From assembly GCF_035280925.1 (NCBI RefSeq), contig NZ_DATEEY010000181.1, forward strand, positions 23,418-87,417: a stretch of DNA of 64,000 nt, written 5' to 3'. The notes under the pieces were generated by a model that was not told where the DNA came from, made no database searches, and saw only the letters and a program-made list of their open reading frames with translations. Positions within the stretch are counted from its first letter, which is position 1, and each line of letters starts with the position of its first letter. This DNA is from Intrasporangium sp. (GTDB taxonomy: Bacteria; Actinomycetota; Actinomycetes; Actinomycetales; Dermatophilaceae). Positions 9,198-22,022 of the stretch are shown here, piece by piece. A program made the position numbers and the translations under genes.

Positions 9198-9340
9198 CCC
9201 GCGTGCGTGACCGACGCCCGTGACCCGTGGTCAGGGCGAAGCGTCGGCCGGGATAGGCTGCTCCACTGTGTCCTGCTGCGATCCCACGGCCGAATCGGGA
9301 CGGCACACCAGCGTCCGTCGATCCAGAAGGTTTGTGAAGC

Positions 9341-10201
9341 GTGGCTGACCTGAGCTACCTCGACGCCATCATCCTCGGCATCGTGGAAGGCCTGACCGAG
9401 TACCTCCCCGTCTCCTCGACGGGCCACCTGACCATCGTCGAGAAGATGCTCGGACTCGAGGTCGACGACCCCGCCGTGACCGCCTACACCGCAGTCATCC
9501 AGCTGGGCGCGATCGCGGCCACCCTGATCTACTTCTTCGCGGACATCACGCGGTTCGCCCGGGCATGGTTCCATGGGCTGGCAGGAGCAGAGGGGCGTAG
9601 GAATCCCGACTACGGGCTGGCCTGGGCGGTCGTGATCGGCTCGATCCCCGTCGGCCTGGCGGGATTCATCCTTCGCGATCTCATCGCCGGCCCGCTGCGC
9701 AGCCTCTGGGTGGTTGCCGCCGCCCTGGTGCTGTGGAGCATCGTCATGGTGGTGGCTGAACGGGCCCATTCGGCGTTCGAACGCCGAGGTGCAGTCCGGG
9801 GCGAGCACACGGTGACCCCGGTCGACGGCCTCGTCATCGGCCTGGTCCAGTGCTTCTCCCTCATCCCCGGGGTCTCTCGCTCCGGGGCGACCATCTCGGC
9901 GGGCCTGATGCGGGGCATCGACCGGGTGACGGCCACCCGCCTCAGCTTCTTCCTCGCGATCCCGGCCCTCACCGCCGCGGGCGTTTTCCAAGCGGTCGAG
10001 GAGCGCGCGAACCTCGCCCGTCTGGGGATCGGCCCCATGGTCGTCGGCCTCGTCGTGGCCTTCGCGGTTGCCTACGCCTCGATCGCGTGGTTGCTGCGGT
10101 TCGTGGCCTCCAACAGCCTGTTGCCGTTCGTGTGGTACCGCGTCGGCCTCGGCACCCTGCTGGCAGTCGCACTGGCCGCGGGCTGGATGACCGCCACCTA
10201 G
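9341..10201 (+). CDS. uppP: Undecaprenyl-diphosphate phosphatase
   Basis: ORF 9341..10201 with a GTG start. LDAIILGIVEGLTEYLPVSSTGHL and PGVSRSGATI are the BacA/UppP signature motifs. Confidence 0.9.
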   Translation: MADLSYLDAIILGIVEGLTEYLPVSSTGHLTIVEKMLGLEVDDPAVTAYTAVIQLGAIAATLIYFFADITRFARAWFHGLAGAEGRRNPDYGLAWAVVIGSIPVGLAGFILRDLIAGPLRSLWVVAAALVLWSIVMVVAERAHSAFERRGAVRGEHTVTPVDGLVIGLVQCFSLIPGVSRSGATISAGLMRGIDRVTATRLSFFLAIPALTAAGVFQAVEERANLARLGIGPMVVGLVVAFAVAYASIAWLLRFVASNSLLPFVWYRVGLGTLLAVALAAGWMTAT

Positions 10202-10234
10202 CCACCGGGCACCGCGCGGGCGCTCGCGTCCACG

Positions 10235-11236
10235 TCAGAGCCAGCCCGAGCGCTTGAACCTCGTCCAGAGGAACAGGCACACCGCTGCGATGAGGGCGAT
10301 CACCACGAAGTACCCGTAGTAGTACTCGGACCCACCGACGTTCACGCTCGCGTCCAGCTCCGGCATGCCGGAGAAGTTCATCCCGTAGATCCCGGCGATC
10401 ATGGTGGGGACTGCGGCGATGGCGACCCAGGCTGAGATCTTGCGCATGTCGGAGTTCTGCTGCACGGACACGCTGGCGAGGTGTGCGGACAGGACGTCGG
10501 TGAGGAGCCGGTCGTAGCTCTCGATGTGGTCGTTCACGTGGCGCAGGTGGTCAGCGACGTCGCGGAACAGGTGGCGCAGGTCCATGTGCACCTCCACACC
10601 GCTGCCCCGCTCCAGGTAGTCGGCCAGTGAGTCGGCGAGGGGGCCGCTCGCTCGCCTGAACTCGAGCACCTCGCGTTTCAGGCGGTAGATCGCATTGGCG
10701 TCGCCGACACCGTCCTCGCCCACGACCTGTGCCTCGATCTCGTCGAGGTCGACCCCGAGCTCGCGGTCCACGTCGACGTAGTGGTCGACCACGGAGTCCA
10801 TCACCGCGTGCAGGACGACGAGCGGCCCGAGCGCCAACAGCTCGGGCTGCTCCTGGAGCTGCTCGCGGACGTCGCTGAGGGGGTTCCCCTCCCCACGACG
10901 GACGGTGACCACGAAGCGGTCCCCGATGAAGAGCATCACCTCGCCCGTCTCGATGTCACTCGTCTCGTCGATGTATCGCAGGGTCTTGAGCACGACGAAC
11001 AGCGAGCCCTCGTACTGCTCGATCTTCGCGCGCTGGTTGCCCATGACGGCGTCCTCCACCGCGAGCGGATGGAGGCCCAGCTCCTGGTTGACCAGCGCGA
11101 ACTCCTCGTTCGTCGGGTCCTTGAGACCGATCCAGATGAAGCCCTCCGCACCCTCTCTGAGGGTCGCGAGCTCGTCGCTCAGGTCGCCGCACTCAATGCG
11201 TTGGCCGTGCCGGTACATGGCCTGGTCCACGATCAC
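10235..11236 (-). CDS. corA: Magnesium/cobalt transporter CorA
   Basis: ORF 10235..11257. It has the YGMNF motif (IYGMNFSGMPEL) followed by two C-terminal TM helices. I prefer GTG 11236 (VIVDQAMYRHG). GTG 11257 remains possible. Confidence 0.85.
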   Translation of the reverse strand: MIVDQAMYRHGQRIECGDLSDELATLREGAEGFIWIGLKDPTNEEFALVNQELGLHPLAVEDAVMGNQRAKIEQYEGSLFVVLKTLRYIDETSDIETGEVMLFIGDRFVVTVRRGEGNPLSDVREQLQEQPELLALGPLVVLHAVMDSVVDHYVDVDRELGVDLDEIEAQVVGEDGVGDANAIYRLKREVLEFRRASGPLADSLADYLERGSGVEVHMDLRHLFRDVADHLRHVNDHIESYDRLLTDVLSAHLASVSVQQNSDMRKISAWVAIAAVPTMIAGIYGMNFSGMPELDASVNVGGSEYYYGYFVVIALIAAVCLFLWTRFKRSGWL

Positions 11237-11263
11237 AGCCGTAGTCCACCACAGCACGACGCC

Positions 11264-11274
11264 GTATGCCGCTG
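11264..11274 (-). repeat. REP-like repeat copy (GTATGCCGCTG on + strand)
   Basis: Located in the divergent corA / phosphomutase intergenic region. Confidence 0.7.
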
Positions 11275-11291
11275 GGCCGGCACGGCGCGTC

Positions 11292-11297
11292 TAGGCT
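11292..11297 (+). promoter_or_regulatory. -10-like TAGGCT, 6 nt before GTG 11304
   Basis: Reads TAGGCTggccggGTG. Leaderless candidate. Confidence 0.45.
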
Positions 11298-11303
11298 GGC
11301 CGG

Positions 11304-12071
11304 GTGCCCACCGTCCTCTTCGTCCGCCATGGCAGGTCGAGCGCCAACACCGGTGGCGTACTCGCCGGCTGGACGCCGGGAGTCTTCCTCGACGAGACGG
11401 GCGAGGCCCAGGCCTCGAGGGTCGGCGCCGCCATCGCCGCAGCCGAGCTGCAGATCGCGGAGCTCGTCTCGTCACCCCTCGACCGGTGCGTCCAGACGGC
11501 TGACCTCATCGCGGGTCAGCTCGGGACGGTGTCGCGCTCGGTGCACCCCGGCCTGGGCGAGTGCCGCTACGGTGCGTGGACCGGGCGGCGGATCATCGAT
11601 CTCGTGTCCGACCCGCTGTGGAAGGTCGTCCAGGACCGCCCGAGTGAGGCCCGGTTCCCGGCGTCCGAGGCCTACGAGGCGGAATCGCTCGCCGACGTCC
11701 AGGAGCGGGCCCTGCGCACGGTGCGGGAGACCGACGCCCACGTGCTCGAGCGGCATGGGCCGGACGCGGTGTGGGTCGCGGTCTCCCACGGTGACGTCAT
11801 CAAGGCGGTGCTGGCCCATGCTGCGGGGGCTCATCTCGACGACTTCCAGCGCTTCGTGGTCGACCCGGGCTCCGTCAGTGTCGTGCGCTACACGAGTCGC
11901 AAACCCTTCCTGCTCCGGCTCAACGACATCGCCGGTGACCTGCACGCGATCCGACCGGTGGCGCATCCCGGGGTCGACGGGGATGCCGAGGTCGGCGGTG
12001 GAGCGGGGACCCCTGCGGACGCGGGGCTGCCCGATGACGACCCGGCCGGCGACCCCTCCGTGCTCGAATAG
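11304..12071 (+). CDS. Histidine-phosphatase-fold putative phosphomutase (MSMEG_4193-type, mshC-linked)
   Basis: ORF 11304..12071. VLFVRHGRSSANTGGVLAGW is the RHG motif. The gene sits in the conserved gene quartet with DUF3090, the SCO1664-type protein and mshC. Confidence 0.8.
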   Translation: MPTVLFVRHGRSSANTGGVLAGWTPGVFLDETGEAQASRVGAAIAAAELQIAELVSSPLDRCVQTADLIAGQLGTVSRSVHPGLGECRYGAWTGRRIIDLVSDPLWKVVQDRPSEARFPASEAYEAESLADVQERALRTVRETDAHVLERHGPDAVWVAVSHGDVIKAVLAHAAGAHLDDFQRFVVDPGSVSVVRYTSRKPFLLRLNDIAGDLHAIRPVAHPGVDGDAEVGGGAGTPADAGLPDDDPAGDPSVLE

Positions 12072-12091
12072 AGTGCTCAAACACGGTCGGA

Positions 12092-12097
12092 TAGGGT
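12092..12097 (+). promoter_or_regulatory. -10-like TAGGGT, 7 nt before ATG 12105
   Basis: Reads GGATAGGGTcgctggcATG. Leaderless candidate. Confidence 0.45.
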
Positions 12098-12104
12098 CGC
12101 TGGC

Positions 12105-12683
12105 ATGACGTTCCAGGAGTTCGACCCCGTGTCGCGCTTCGTGGCGGGCACGGTCGGACCGACGGGCAACCGCACCTTCTACCTGCAGGCCAGCGACGGC
12201 CGGCGCGTCGTCACGGTGGCCGTCGAGAAGCAGCAGGTGTCGATCCTGGCCGATCGCGTCAACGACGTGCTGGACCAGCTGGCGCCCATGACGGCCACCG
12301 AGCCCGGGCAGCCCGGTGGTGCCGTGGAGGACACGGATCCGCTCGAGACTCCGTTCGAGGAGGACTGGCGCGTCCAGACCCTGTCGCTCGCCTGGGACGA
12401 GGGGCGTCAGCGTCTCGTCATCGAGTGCCACGACCACGACCCGGACGAGGTCGAGGGAGACGAGGCCGCCGCCGATCCGGTGGCCGGCGGCGCCGAGGCA
12501 GCCGAGGAGTCGCCCTTCTCGCGGAACTCGCTCCGGGTGACGCTGGACCCGCCCCAGGCGCGCGCCTTCGCCCGGCGCAGCCTGTCCATCGTCGCGGCCG
12601 GGCGGCCCCCGTGCCCCTTCTGCGGTGGCCCCCTCGACCCGACGGGCCACATCTGCCCGCGGGCCAATGGGTACCGTCGCTGA
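12105..12683 (+). CDS. DUF3090 family protein
   Basis: ORF 12105..12683. FVAGTVGPTGNRTFYLQA at the N-terminus and the C-terminal zinc-ribbon-like CPFCGGPLDPTGHICPRANGY are characteristic. Confidence 0.8.
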   Translation: MTFQEFDPVSRFVAGTVGPTGNRTFYLQASDGRRVVTVAVEKQQVSILADRVNDVLDQLAPMTATEPGQPGGAVEDTDPLETPFEEDWRVQTLSLAWDEGRQRLVIECHDHDPDEVEGDEAAADPVAGGAEAAEESPFSRNSLRVTLDPPQARAFARRSLSIVAAGRPPCPFCGGPLDPTGHICPRANGYRR

Positions 12684-13494
12684 CGGCGGCTTCCGCGCCG
12701 CGCCCGACGACGCTGCGCTGCTCGGGGATCTCGAGGTCGTAGGACGAGTCCCCGACTCCTCCAACCTCTCGGTCCTGGTCCGGCTCCTCGCCGGGGACGG
12801 CGCCCACGCGATCTACAAGCCGGTGCGTGGTGAGGCGCCGTTGTGGGACTTCCCGGAGGGCACGCTCGCTGGTCGGGAGGTGGCCGCCCACCTGGTGTCA
12901 GAGGCCGGCGGCTGGTGCCTCGTCCCGGCGACCGTCCTCCGCGACGGTCCGCTCGGTCCGGGGTCGGTCCAACGCTGGATCGGCGACCCGTTCTCGCCGC
13001 TCGCCGACGACCTCGTCGTCGACCTCGTGCCGGAGGGGAAGGTGCCGCCCGGCTGGGTCGCCACCTTCTCCGGGGAGACCCCGTCCGGTCGCGCCGTCGC
13101 GGTGGTGCACTCCACCCGCGAGGACGTTCGATCCCTCGCCGTGCTCGACGCGGTGATCAACAACTCGGATCGCAAGGGTTCGCACTGCCTCCGGGACATG
13201 GCTGGGCGCCTCTGGGCCATCGACCACGGCGTGAGCTTCCACGCCAACCCGAAGCTGCGGACCGTGCTCTGGGGCTGGGCCGGCGAACCGCTGGCCGACG
13301 CCGACCTCGCCCGTCTCGAGCGCCTGATCGACACGCTGGACGATGCCGCGAGCGGTCTCAACGGGGCCCTGGAGGCCCTGCTGCCCCACGCCGACGTCGC
13401 TGCCCTCCACGAACGCGTCGCAGGCCTGCTCCGCCGGCGCCGCCATCCCCGGCCGAGCCCGGGCTGGCCCGCCGTGCCCTGGCCCCCGCTCTGA
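12667..13494 (+). CDS. SCO1664-type conserved protein (PI3/4-kinase-like fold)
   Basis: In frame with ORF 12625..13494. ATG 12667 overlaps the DUF3090 stop by 17 nt. Motifs: YKPVRGEAPLWDFPEGTLAGREVAA, NNSDRKGSHCL, IDHGVSFH. Confidence 0.75.
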   Translation: MGTVADGGFRAAPDDAALLGDLEVVGRVPDSSNLSVLVRLLAGDGAHAIYKPVRGEAPLWDFPEGTLAGREVAAHLVSEAGGWCLVPATVLRDGPLGPGSVQRWIGDPFSPLADDLVVDLVPEGKVPPGWVATFSGETPSGRAVAVVHSTREDVRSLAVLDAVINNSDRKGSHCLRDMAGRLWAIDHGVSFHANPKLRTVLWGWAGEPLADADLARLERLIDTLDDAASGLNGALEALLPHADVAALHERVAGLLRRRRHPRPSPGWPAVPWPPL

Positions 13495-13502
13495 CCTCGC
13501 CG

Positions 13503-13618
13503 TGATCGAGTGAACAAGAACGGGGCTCCGCCCCTGATCGAGTGAACAAGATCTGCGCGAGGGTCGCGCAAATCTTGTTCACTCGATCAGACGTGCGCAG
13601 ATCCTGTTCACTCGATCT
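13503..13618. repeat. Nested inverted-repeat array: 2 forward + 2 reverse copies of TGATCGAGTGAACAAG(ATCTGCGC)
   Basis: Forward copies lie at 13503-13518 and 13535-13558, reverse copies at 13565-13589 and 13594-13617. Bases 13535-13560 pair with 13564-13589 as a 26-bp stem (1 mismatch) with a GGG loop. Confidence 0.85.
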
Positions 13619-13650
13619 GGGCAGGCGACGGGAGTCCCGGAGACGCCGGA

Positions 13651-13656
13651 TAGAGT
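13651..13656 (+). promoter_or_regulatory. -10-like TAGAGT, 7 nt before GTG 13664 (mshC)
   Basis: Reads GGATAGAGTctgccgcGTG. Leaderless candidate. Confidence 0.5.
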
Positions 13657-13663
13657 CTGCCGC

Positions 13664-14920
13664 GTGAAAAGTTGGCCCGCAGCGTTCGTCCCTCAGGTCC
13701 CCGGTCGGTCGCCTCAGGTGCGAGTCAGGGACACGGTGACCGGCGAGCTCGTCCCCGCCGCGGTGGGGGAGTCGGCGTCGGTCTACGTGTGCGGCATCAC
13801 CCCGTACGACGCCACCCACCTCGGGCATGCGGCAACCTACCTGACCTTCGACCTGCTCGTTCGGGTCCTGCGCGACAGCGGGGTCGCCGTGCGGTATGTC
13901 CAGAACATCACCGACATCGACGATCCCCTCCTCGAGCGTGCCGAGCGGGACGGCATCGCCTGGGAGGAGCTGGCCACCCGGGAGATCGACCTCTTCCGGG
14001 AGGACATGACCGCCCTCGCCGTCCTGCCGCCCGACGAGTACCTGGGAGCAGTCGAGAGCATCCCGACGTTCATCGAGCCGATCGAGAAGCTGCTCGCCTC
14101 TGGGGACGCCTACCTCGTGCCTGCCCCGGACGCCTCCCGGGCCGAGGCCCACGACGTCTACTTCGACATCAGCCGCGACCCCAAGTTCGGCTCGGTCAGC
14201 CGGCTCGACGAGACCGGCATGCTCGAGGTCTTTGCCGAGCGAGGCGGCGACCCGGACCGCCCCGGCAAGCGCAACCGCCTCGACGCGCTCCTGTGGAGGG
14301 CGCACCGCGAGGGCGAGCCATCCTGGGACGGCGGGCAGCTGGGGCCCGGACGCCCCGGCTGGCACATCGAGTGCGCGTGCATCGCCTGTGCGCGCCTCGG
14401 GGTGCCGATCGACGTCCAGGGGGGTGGGACCGACCTCATCTTCCCGCACCACGAGATGAGCGCCGCGCATGCCCGGGCGTTCAGCGGCAACCCGACGTTC
14501 GCCCGCGCTTATGTCCACCAGGGCATGGTCGGTCTCGACGGCGAGAAGATGAGCAAGAGCAAGGGCAACCTCGTCTTCGTGTCCGAGCTGCGGCGCCACG
14601 GCGTCGATCCGATGGCGATCCGGCTGGCCCTGCTCGCCCGGCACCATGCCGAGGACTGGATCTGGCAGGACGGCGACCTCACGACCGGGCAGCAACGCCT
14701 GGACACATGGCGCTCTGCCGTCTCGGGCAACGGCGGCCCGCCGGCAGAGGAGACCGTCACCGAGCTACGGGCCGCCCTGGCCAACGATCTCGACAGTCCC
14801 AGGGCGCTCGCTGCCGTCGACCGCTGGGCCAGGGCGGCCCTGACGCAGGGCGGGGACGACCTCGGCGCGCCCGGCGTGCTGGCCCGAGCCCTCGACGCAC
14901 TCCTCGGCGTCCGCCTCTGA
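13664..14920 (+). CDS. mshC: Cysteine:1D-myo-inosityl 2-amino-2-deoxy-alpha-D-glucopyranoside ligase (mycothiol biosynthesis)
   Basis: ORF 13664..14920. It is CysRS-like: [19 protein letters not shown] (HIGH-type) and [10 protein letters not shown] (KMSKS), with no anticodon-binding extension. Confidence 0.9.
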   Translation: MKSWPAAFVPQVPGRSPQVRVRDTVTGELVPAAVGESASVYVCGITPYDATHLGHAATYLTFDLLVRVLRDSGVAVRYVQNITDIDDPLLERAERDGIAWEELATREIDLFREDMTALAVLPPDEYLGAVESIPTFIEPIEKLLASGDAYLVPAPDASRAEAHDVYFDISRDPKFGSVSRLDETGMLEVFAERGGDPDRPGKRNRLDALLWRAHREGEPSWDGGQLGPGRPGWHIECACIACARLGVPIDVQGGGTDLIFPHHEMSAAHARAFSGNPTFARAYVHQGMVGLDGEKMSKSKGNLVFVSELRRHGVDPMAIRLALLARHHAEDWIWQDGDLTTGQQRLDTWRSAVSGNGGPPAEETVTELRAALANDLDSPRALAAVDRWARAALTQGGDDLGAPGVLARALDALLGVRL

Positions 14921-15050
14921 GGATTCGTGTGGAAGCTTGGCCGCACGGGAGGGTGGCCGAACTCCACACCGAACCGTCAGGGCGGCTGCGGAGTGCACCC
15001 TCGATGGGGGTGCAGGCGGGCGCGGAGGCCAGTTCGGTGTGGGGCGAGCT

Positions 15051-15061
15051 CAGCGGCATAC
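15051..15061 (+). repeat. REP-like repeat copy (CAGCGGCATAC)
   Basis: GGCGAGCTCAGCGGCATACGG lies in the convergent mshC / PAC2 intergenic region. Confidence 0.7.
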
Positions 15062-15091
15062 GGAATGAATGACCCTGCGCCACAAGGTCAC

Positions 15092-15949
15092 TCAGCGGCC
15101 ACCCTGGTCGTCGTCCCGCCGCCCTCGGAGATAGCGCTCGAACTCGCGGGCAATGGCATCGCCCGTGGCCTCCGGGAGCTGGGCGGTGTCCTGCGCCTCC
15201 TCCAGCGACTGGACGTACTCCGCGACCTCCTCGTCGGACTGGGCCAGCTCGTCCACGCCGCGCTCCCACGCCCGAGCGTTCTCCTCGAGGTCGCCGTGTG
15301 GGATGGTCACGCCGAGCAGGGACTCGATCCGCCGCAGGAGGCTGAGCGTCGCCTTGGGGGAGGGCGACGCGCCGGCGTAGTGGGGCACTGCGGCCCACGC
15401 CGACACTGCCGGGAGGCCCGCGTCGCTCGCGGTCGCGCTGAGCACACCGACGATCCCGGTGGGTCCCTCGTAGCGGCTCGCCTCGACATCGAAGCGGTGG
15501 ATGGCCGCGTCGTCCTCCGCCGTCGCGGTGACCGGGATGGGGCGGGTGTGCGGAACGTCGGCGAGGAGCGCCCCGATCGTGACGACCGTGGTCACACCGA
15601 GCTGTTGCGCGAGCTCGAGCAGCTCCATGGAGAAGGCACGCCACCGCATGGACGGCTCGATGCCCTGGACCAGCACGACATCCCGGTCGAAGCCGGTCTC
15701 CGTCGCGACGAGGATGCGGGTCGTCGGCCAGGAGAGGACCCGTCGGCCGTCCTCGGTGCTGACGCGCGGGCGGTTGACCTGGAAGTCGTAGTAGTCCTCG
15801 GGGTCGAAAGCCGCGACGAGCTCGGCATCCCAGACCTCGGCGAGGTGCCGGACGATGGAGCTGGCCGCCTCACCGGCGTCGTTCCAGCCCTCGAAGGCCG
15901 CGATGAGCACGGGGTCGACGAGCTCCGGAACGTCCTCGAACTCCAGCAC
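15092..15949 (-). CDS. PAC2 (proteasome assembly chaperone 2) family protein
   Basis: This is the C-terminal 285 codons of artefactual ORF 15092..17080. GTG 15949 follows [39 protein letters not shown] is the usual PAC2 N-terminus. Confidence 0.8.
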   Translation of the reverse strand: MLEFEDVPELVDPVLIAAFEGWNDAGEAASSIVRHLAEVWDAELVAAFDPEDYYDFQVNRPRVSTEDGRRVLSWPTTRILVATETGFDRDVVLVQGIEPSMRWRAFSMELLELAQQLGVTTVVTIGALLADVPHTRPIPVTATAEDDAAIHRFDVEASRYEGPTGIVGVLSATASDAGLPAVSAWAAVPHYAGASPSPKATLSLLRRIESLLGVTIPHGDLEENARAWERGVDELAQSDEEVAEYVQSLEEAQDTAQLPEATGDAIAREFERYLRGRRDDDQGGR

Positions 15950-16111
15950 ATGGCCTCCTCTCACCGGGTGCGCGTGCGCCCTCGATCTCACCCTATGCCG
16001 CGTCGGGCCGCCGTCACAGCGACCTCGCGGGGACCACAGTTCGGCACTTTGCGAGCCGCGCGGGCGGACATCCCTAGAATTGGGGATCCTGCCATCCACG
16101 AGAGAAGAGCC

Positions 16112-19900
<3,789 letters not shown>

Positions 19901-19901
19901 C

Positions 19902-20642
19902 GTGGCGACAACGCTCCTCCAGCCGGGAGACGGTGTGCCGGAAGACGGTCTGCCGGGAGACGGTCTGCCGGCAGGCGTGCTCTGGGACATGGACGGCACG
20001 CTCGTCGACACCGAGCCGTACTGGATCGTGGCGGAGCATGAGCTCGTGGCAGCGCACGGTCGCGAGTGGAGCGACGCGCTGGCCCACGAGCTCGTGGGCA
20101 ACGCCCTCGAGGTCTCCGCGCAGGTCATCATCGACCACACCGGGATCCCGCTCACGGTTCCGCAGGTCATCGACGCCCTGCTGCAGCGGGTCATCGAGCA
20201 GGTTCGAGTGAGCGCCCCGTGGCGGCCCGGCGCCCGCGAGCTGCTCGAGGAGCTGAACGAGTCGGGCGTCCCCAACGTCCTCGTCACGATGTCCTGGCGC
20301 AACCTGGCCGGCACCATCGTCGAGAGCCTGCCGCCGGGCTCGTTCGCCCACCTCGTGACCGGGGACGAAGTGACCCGGGGCAAGCCGCATCCCGAGCCGT
20401 ACCTGCTCGCGGCGCGGCTGATCGGGGCCGACCCGGCGGCGTGCGTGGCCCTGGAGGACTCACCGACCGGCGTCCGCTCCGCAACCGCGGCAGGCGTGCC
20501 AACCATCGCGATCCCGCACATCGTGCCGGTGCCGCCCATCGCCGGGGCGGTGCACGTGTCCACGCTCGAGGGCGTTGGGGCCCAGGACCTGCTGGCCGTG
20601 GCCGCGGGCGCCGGCTCCGTCCGAGCCGCCTCAGGCCAGTGA
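19902..20642 (+). CDS. HAD-IA family hydrolase
   Basis: In frame with ORF 19848..20642. GTG 19902 lies 2 nt after the metH stop. VLWDMDGTLVDTEPYW is the DxDGT HAD motif I. Confidence 0.8.
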   Translation: MATTLLQPGDGVPEDGLPGDGLPAGVLWDMDGTLVDTEPYWIVAEHELVAAHGREWSDALAHELVGNALEVSAQVIIDHTGIPLTVPQVIDALLQRVIEQVRVSAPWRPGARELLEELNESGVPNVLVTMSWRNLAGTIVESLPPGSFAHLVTGDEVTRGKPHPEPYLLAARLIGADPAACVALEDSPTGVRSATAAGVPTIAIPHIVPVPPIAGAVHVSTLEGVGAQDLLAVAAGAGSVRAASGQ

Positions 20643-21227
20643 CGCCGTCCGCTCACTGAGTCGGCGCAGGTTCAGCAGCTGGCGTCGCATCATGACGAGG
20701 TCTCCCCACGCGAGCAGCAGCTGGCGCAGGCGCTCCAGCCGGTTGCGCGGGCGGGGTAGCAGCAGGTCGCAGCGCAGCACCGTGCAGGCCTCGTCGGGGA
20801 GGGTGCGGTACACGATGGTGAGCGGCCCGAACGCGACCAGCGCCGCGCGGTCGGTCAGCTCCAGGGTGATGCTGCGATCCGGCTCGAACGAGGTCAGGGT
20901 GAAGATCTCCGCGAAGGTCTGGCCGGTCACGATCGGGTCGGTCCTGGTCATCATCGGGGGACTGCGGCGACCGCGGTTGTCGATGAGGTCGTAGCTGTAG
21001 GGAGCCACCCGAAGCTGTCCCAGCCACCCGAAGACGACGGGGGGCTCGGCGCGGACCCGGACGGCCCTGGAGAGGAGCACCTCGCGGCCCGGCCGGTCCG
21101 GAGGAGGAGGTGTGCTGCCGAGGTCACCCCATGTCCACGGGATCGTGGGAGGCGGCACGGGCGAGCGGGTGCGGCGGTGCATCGTCGTCATGTACCGAGC
21201 GTCGCGCTGCCCCGGGTGTGCGGGCAT
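20631..21227 (-). CDS. Hypothetical protein, possibly SRPBCC/START-like
   Basis: ORF 20631..21227. It has ordinary coding-like composition in its C-terminal two thirds and no strong motif. It overlaps the convergent HAD gene end by 12 nt. Confidence 0.5.
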   Translation of the reverse strand: MPAHPGQRDARYMTTMHRRTRSPVPPPTIPWTWGDLGSTPPPPDRPGREVLLSRAVRVRAEPPVVFGWLGQLRVAPYSYDLIDNRGRRSPPMMTRTDPIVTGQTFAEIFTLTSFEPDRSITLELTDRAALVAFGPLTIVYRTLPDEACTVLRCDLLLPRPRNRLERLRQLLLAWGDLVMMRRQLLNLRRLSERTASLA

Positions 21228-21281
21228 CGCCCGGAGGTCGTGGTGCGCTCAGTCTCGAGGTGGTTCTTTCGTCTCTTGGCC

Positions 21282-21292
21282 GTATGCCGCTG
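21282..21292 (-). repeat. REP-like repeat copy (GTATGCCGCTG on + strand)
   Basis: Intergenic, upstream of the minus-strand gene that starts at 21227. Confidence 0.7.
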
Positions 21293-21347
21293 AGCCGGCC
21301 TGCGCTCGGACGGGGGCTCCCAGCGCGGCTCGGATCCGCGCCCTGGT

Positions 21348-22022
21348 TCACGCTCCGGGACGGACGAGCCCCGACTCGTAGGCGAGGACGACCGCTTGGA
21401 CCCGGTCTCTCAGCCCGAGCTTGCCGAGCACGTGTCCCACGTGCGTCTTCACCGTGGCCTCGGACAGGAACAGGTGCTTCGCGATCTCGGCATTGGAGGC
21501 GCCGCTGGCCACCTCGAGGAAGACGTCCTGCTCACGGGCGGTCAGCTGCTCGAGGACCCGCTGGGCCTCGCCGTCATCCGTCGTCGGCGCCGCCACGACG
21601 TGTGCGATGAGGCGACGGGTCGTGGGAGGCGAGACCACGGCGTGTCCCGCATGCACGACCCGGATGGCGTCGACGATCTCCTCGGCTCGCGCGTCCTTGA
21701 GCAGGAACCCGCTCGCGCCGGCGCGAATGGCCGCGAAGGCGTACTCGTCGAGGTCGAACGTGGTCACCACGATGACCTTGGGTGCGTCCGTTCTCGAGAC
21801 GACCTGCCGGGTCGCCTCGATGCCATCCATCCTCGGCATCCGCACGTCGACGAGAACGACGTCGAGCCGATGGGCGAGGCACAGCTCGACAAGTGCTGCT
21901 CCGTCCCCGACCTCTCCGACCAGGTCGAGGTCGGGCTGGCTCCGGACCACCATCGCAAGAGCCGACCGCATCAGCTCCTGGTCGTCGGCGATGGCGACAC
22001 GGATCCTCGCTGGCGTGCTCAC
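21348..22022 (-). CDS. NarL/LuxR-family two-component response regulator
   Basis: ORF 21348..22022. The receiver domain shows IRVAIADDQELMR...DVVLVDVRMPRMDG. The C-terminal LuxR HTH shows LTAREQDVFLEVASGASNAEIAKHLFLSEATVKTHV. Confidence 0.9.
   Translation of the reverse strand: MSTPARIRVAIADDQELMRSALAMVVRSQPDLDLVGEVGDGAALVELCLAHRLDVVLVDVRMPRMDGIEATRQVVSRTDAPKVIVVTTFDLDEYAFAAIRAGASGFLLKDARAEEIVDAIRVVHAGHAVVSPPTTRRLIAHVVAAPTTDDGEAQRVLEQLTAREQDVFLEVASGASNAEIAKHLFLSEATVKTHVGHVLGKLGLRDRVQAVVLAYESGLVRPGA

Noticed and set aside
15950-16111. Riboswitch (B12, SAM or SAH) in the 162-nt region upstream of metH
   Set aside because: I could not find a B12-box-like AGYCMGGAGACCKGCC element or the conserved cores of SAM or SAH riboswitches as I remember them. 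There is only a TAGAAT -10-like box at 16075-16080. A covariance-model scan would be needed to be sure.
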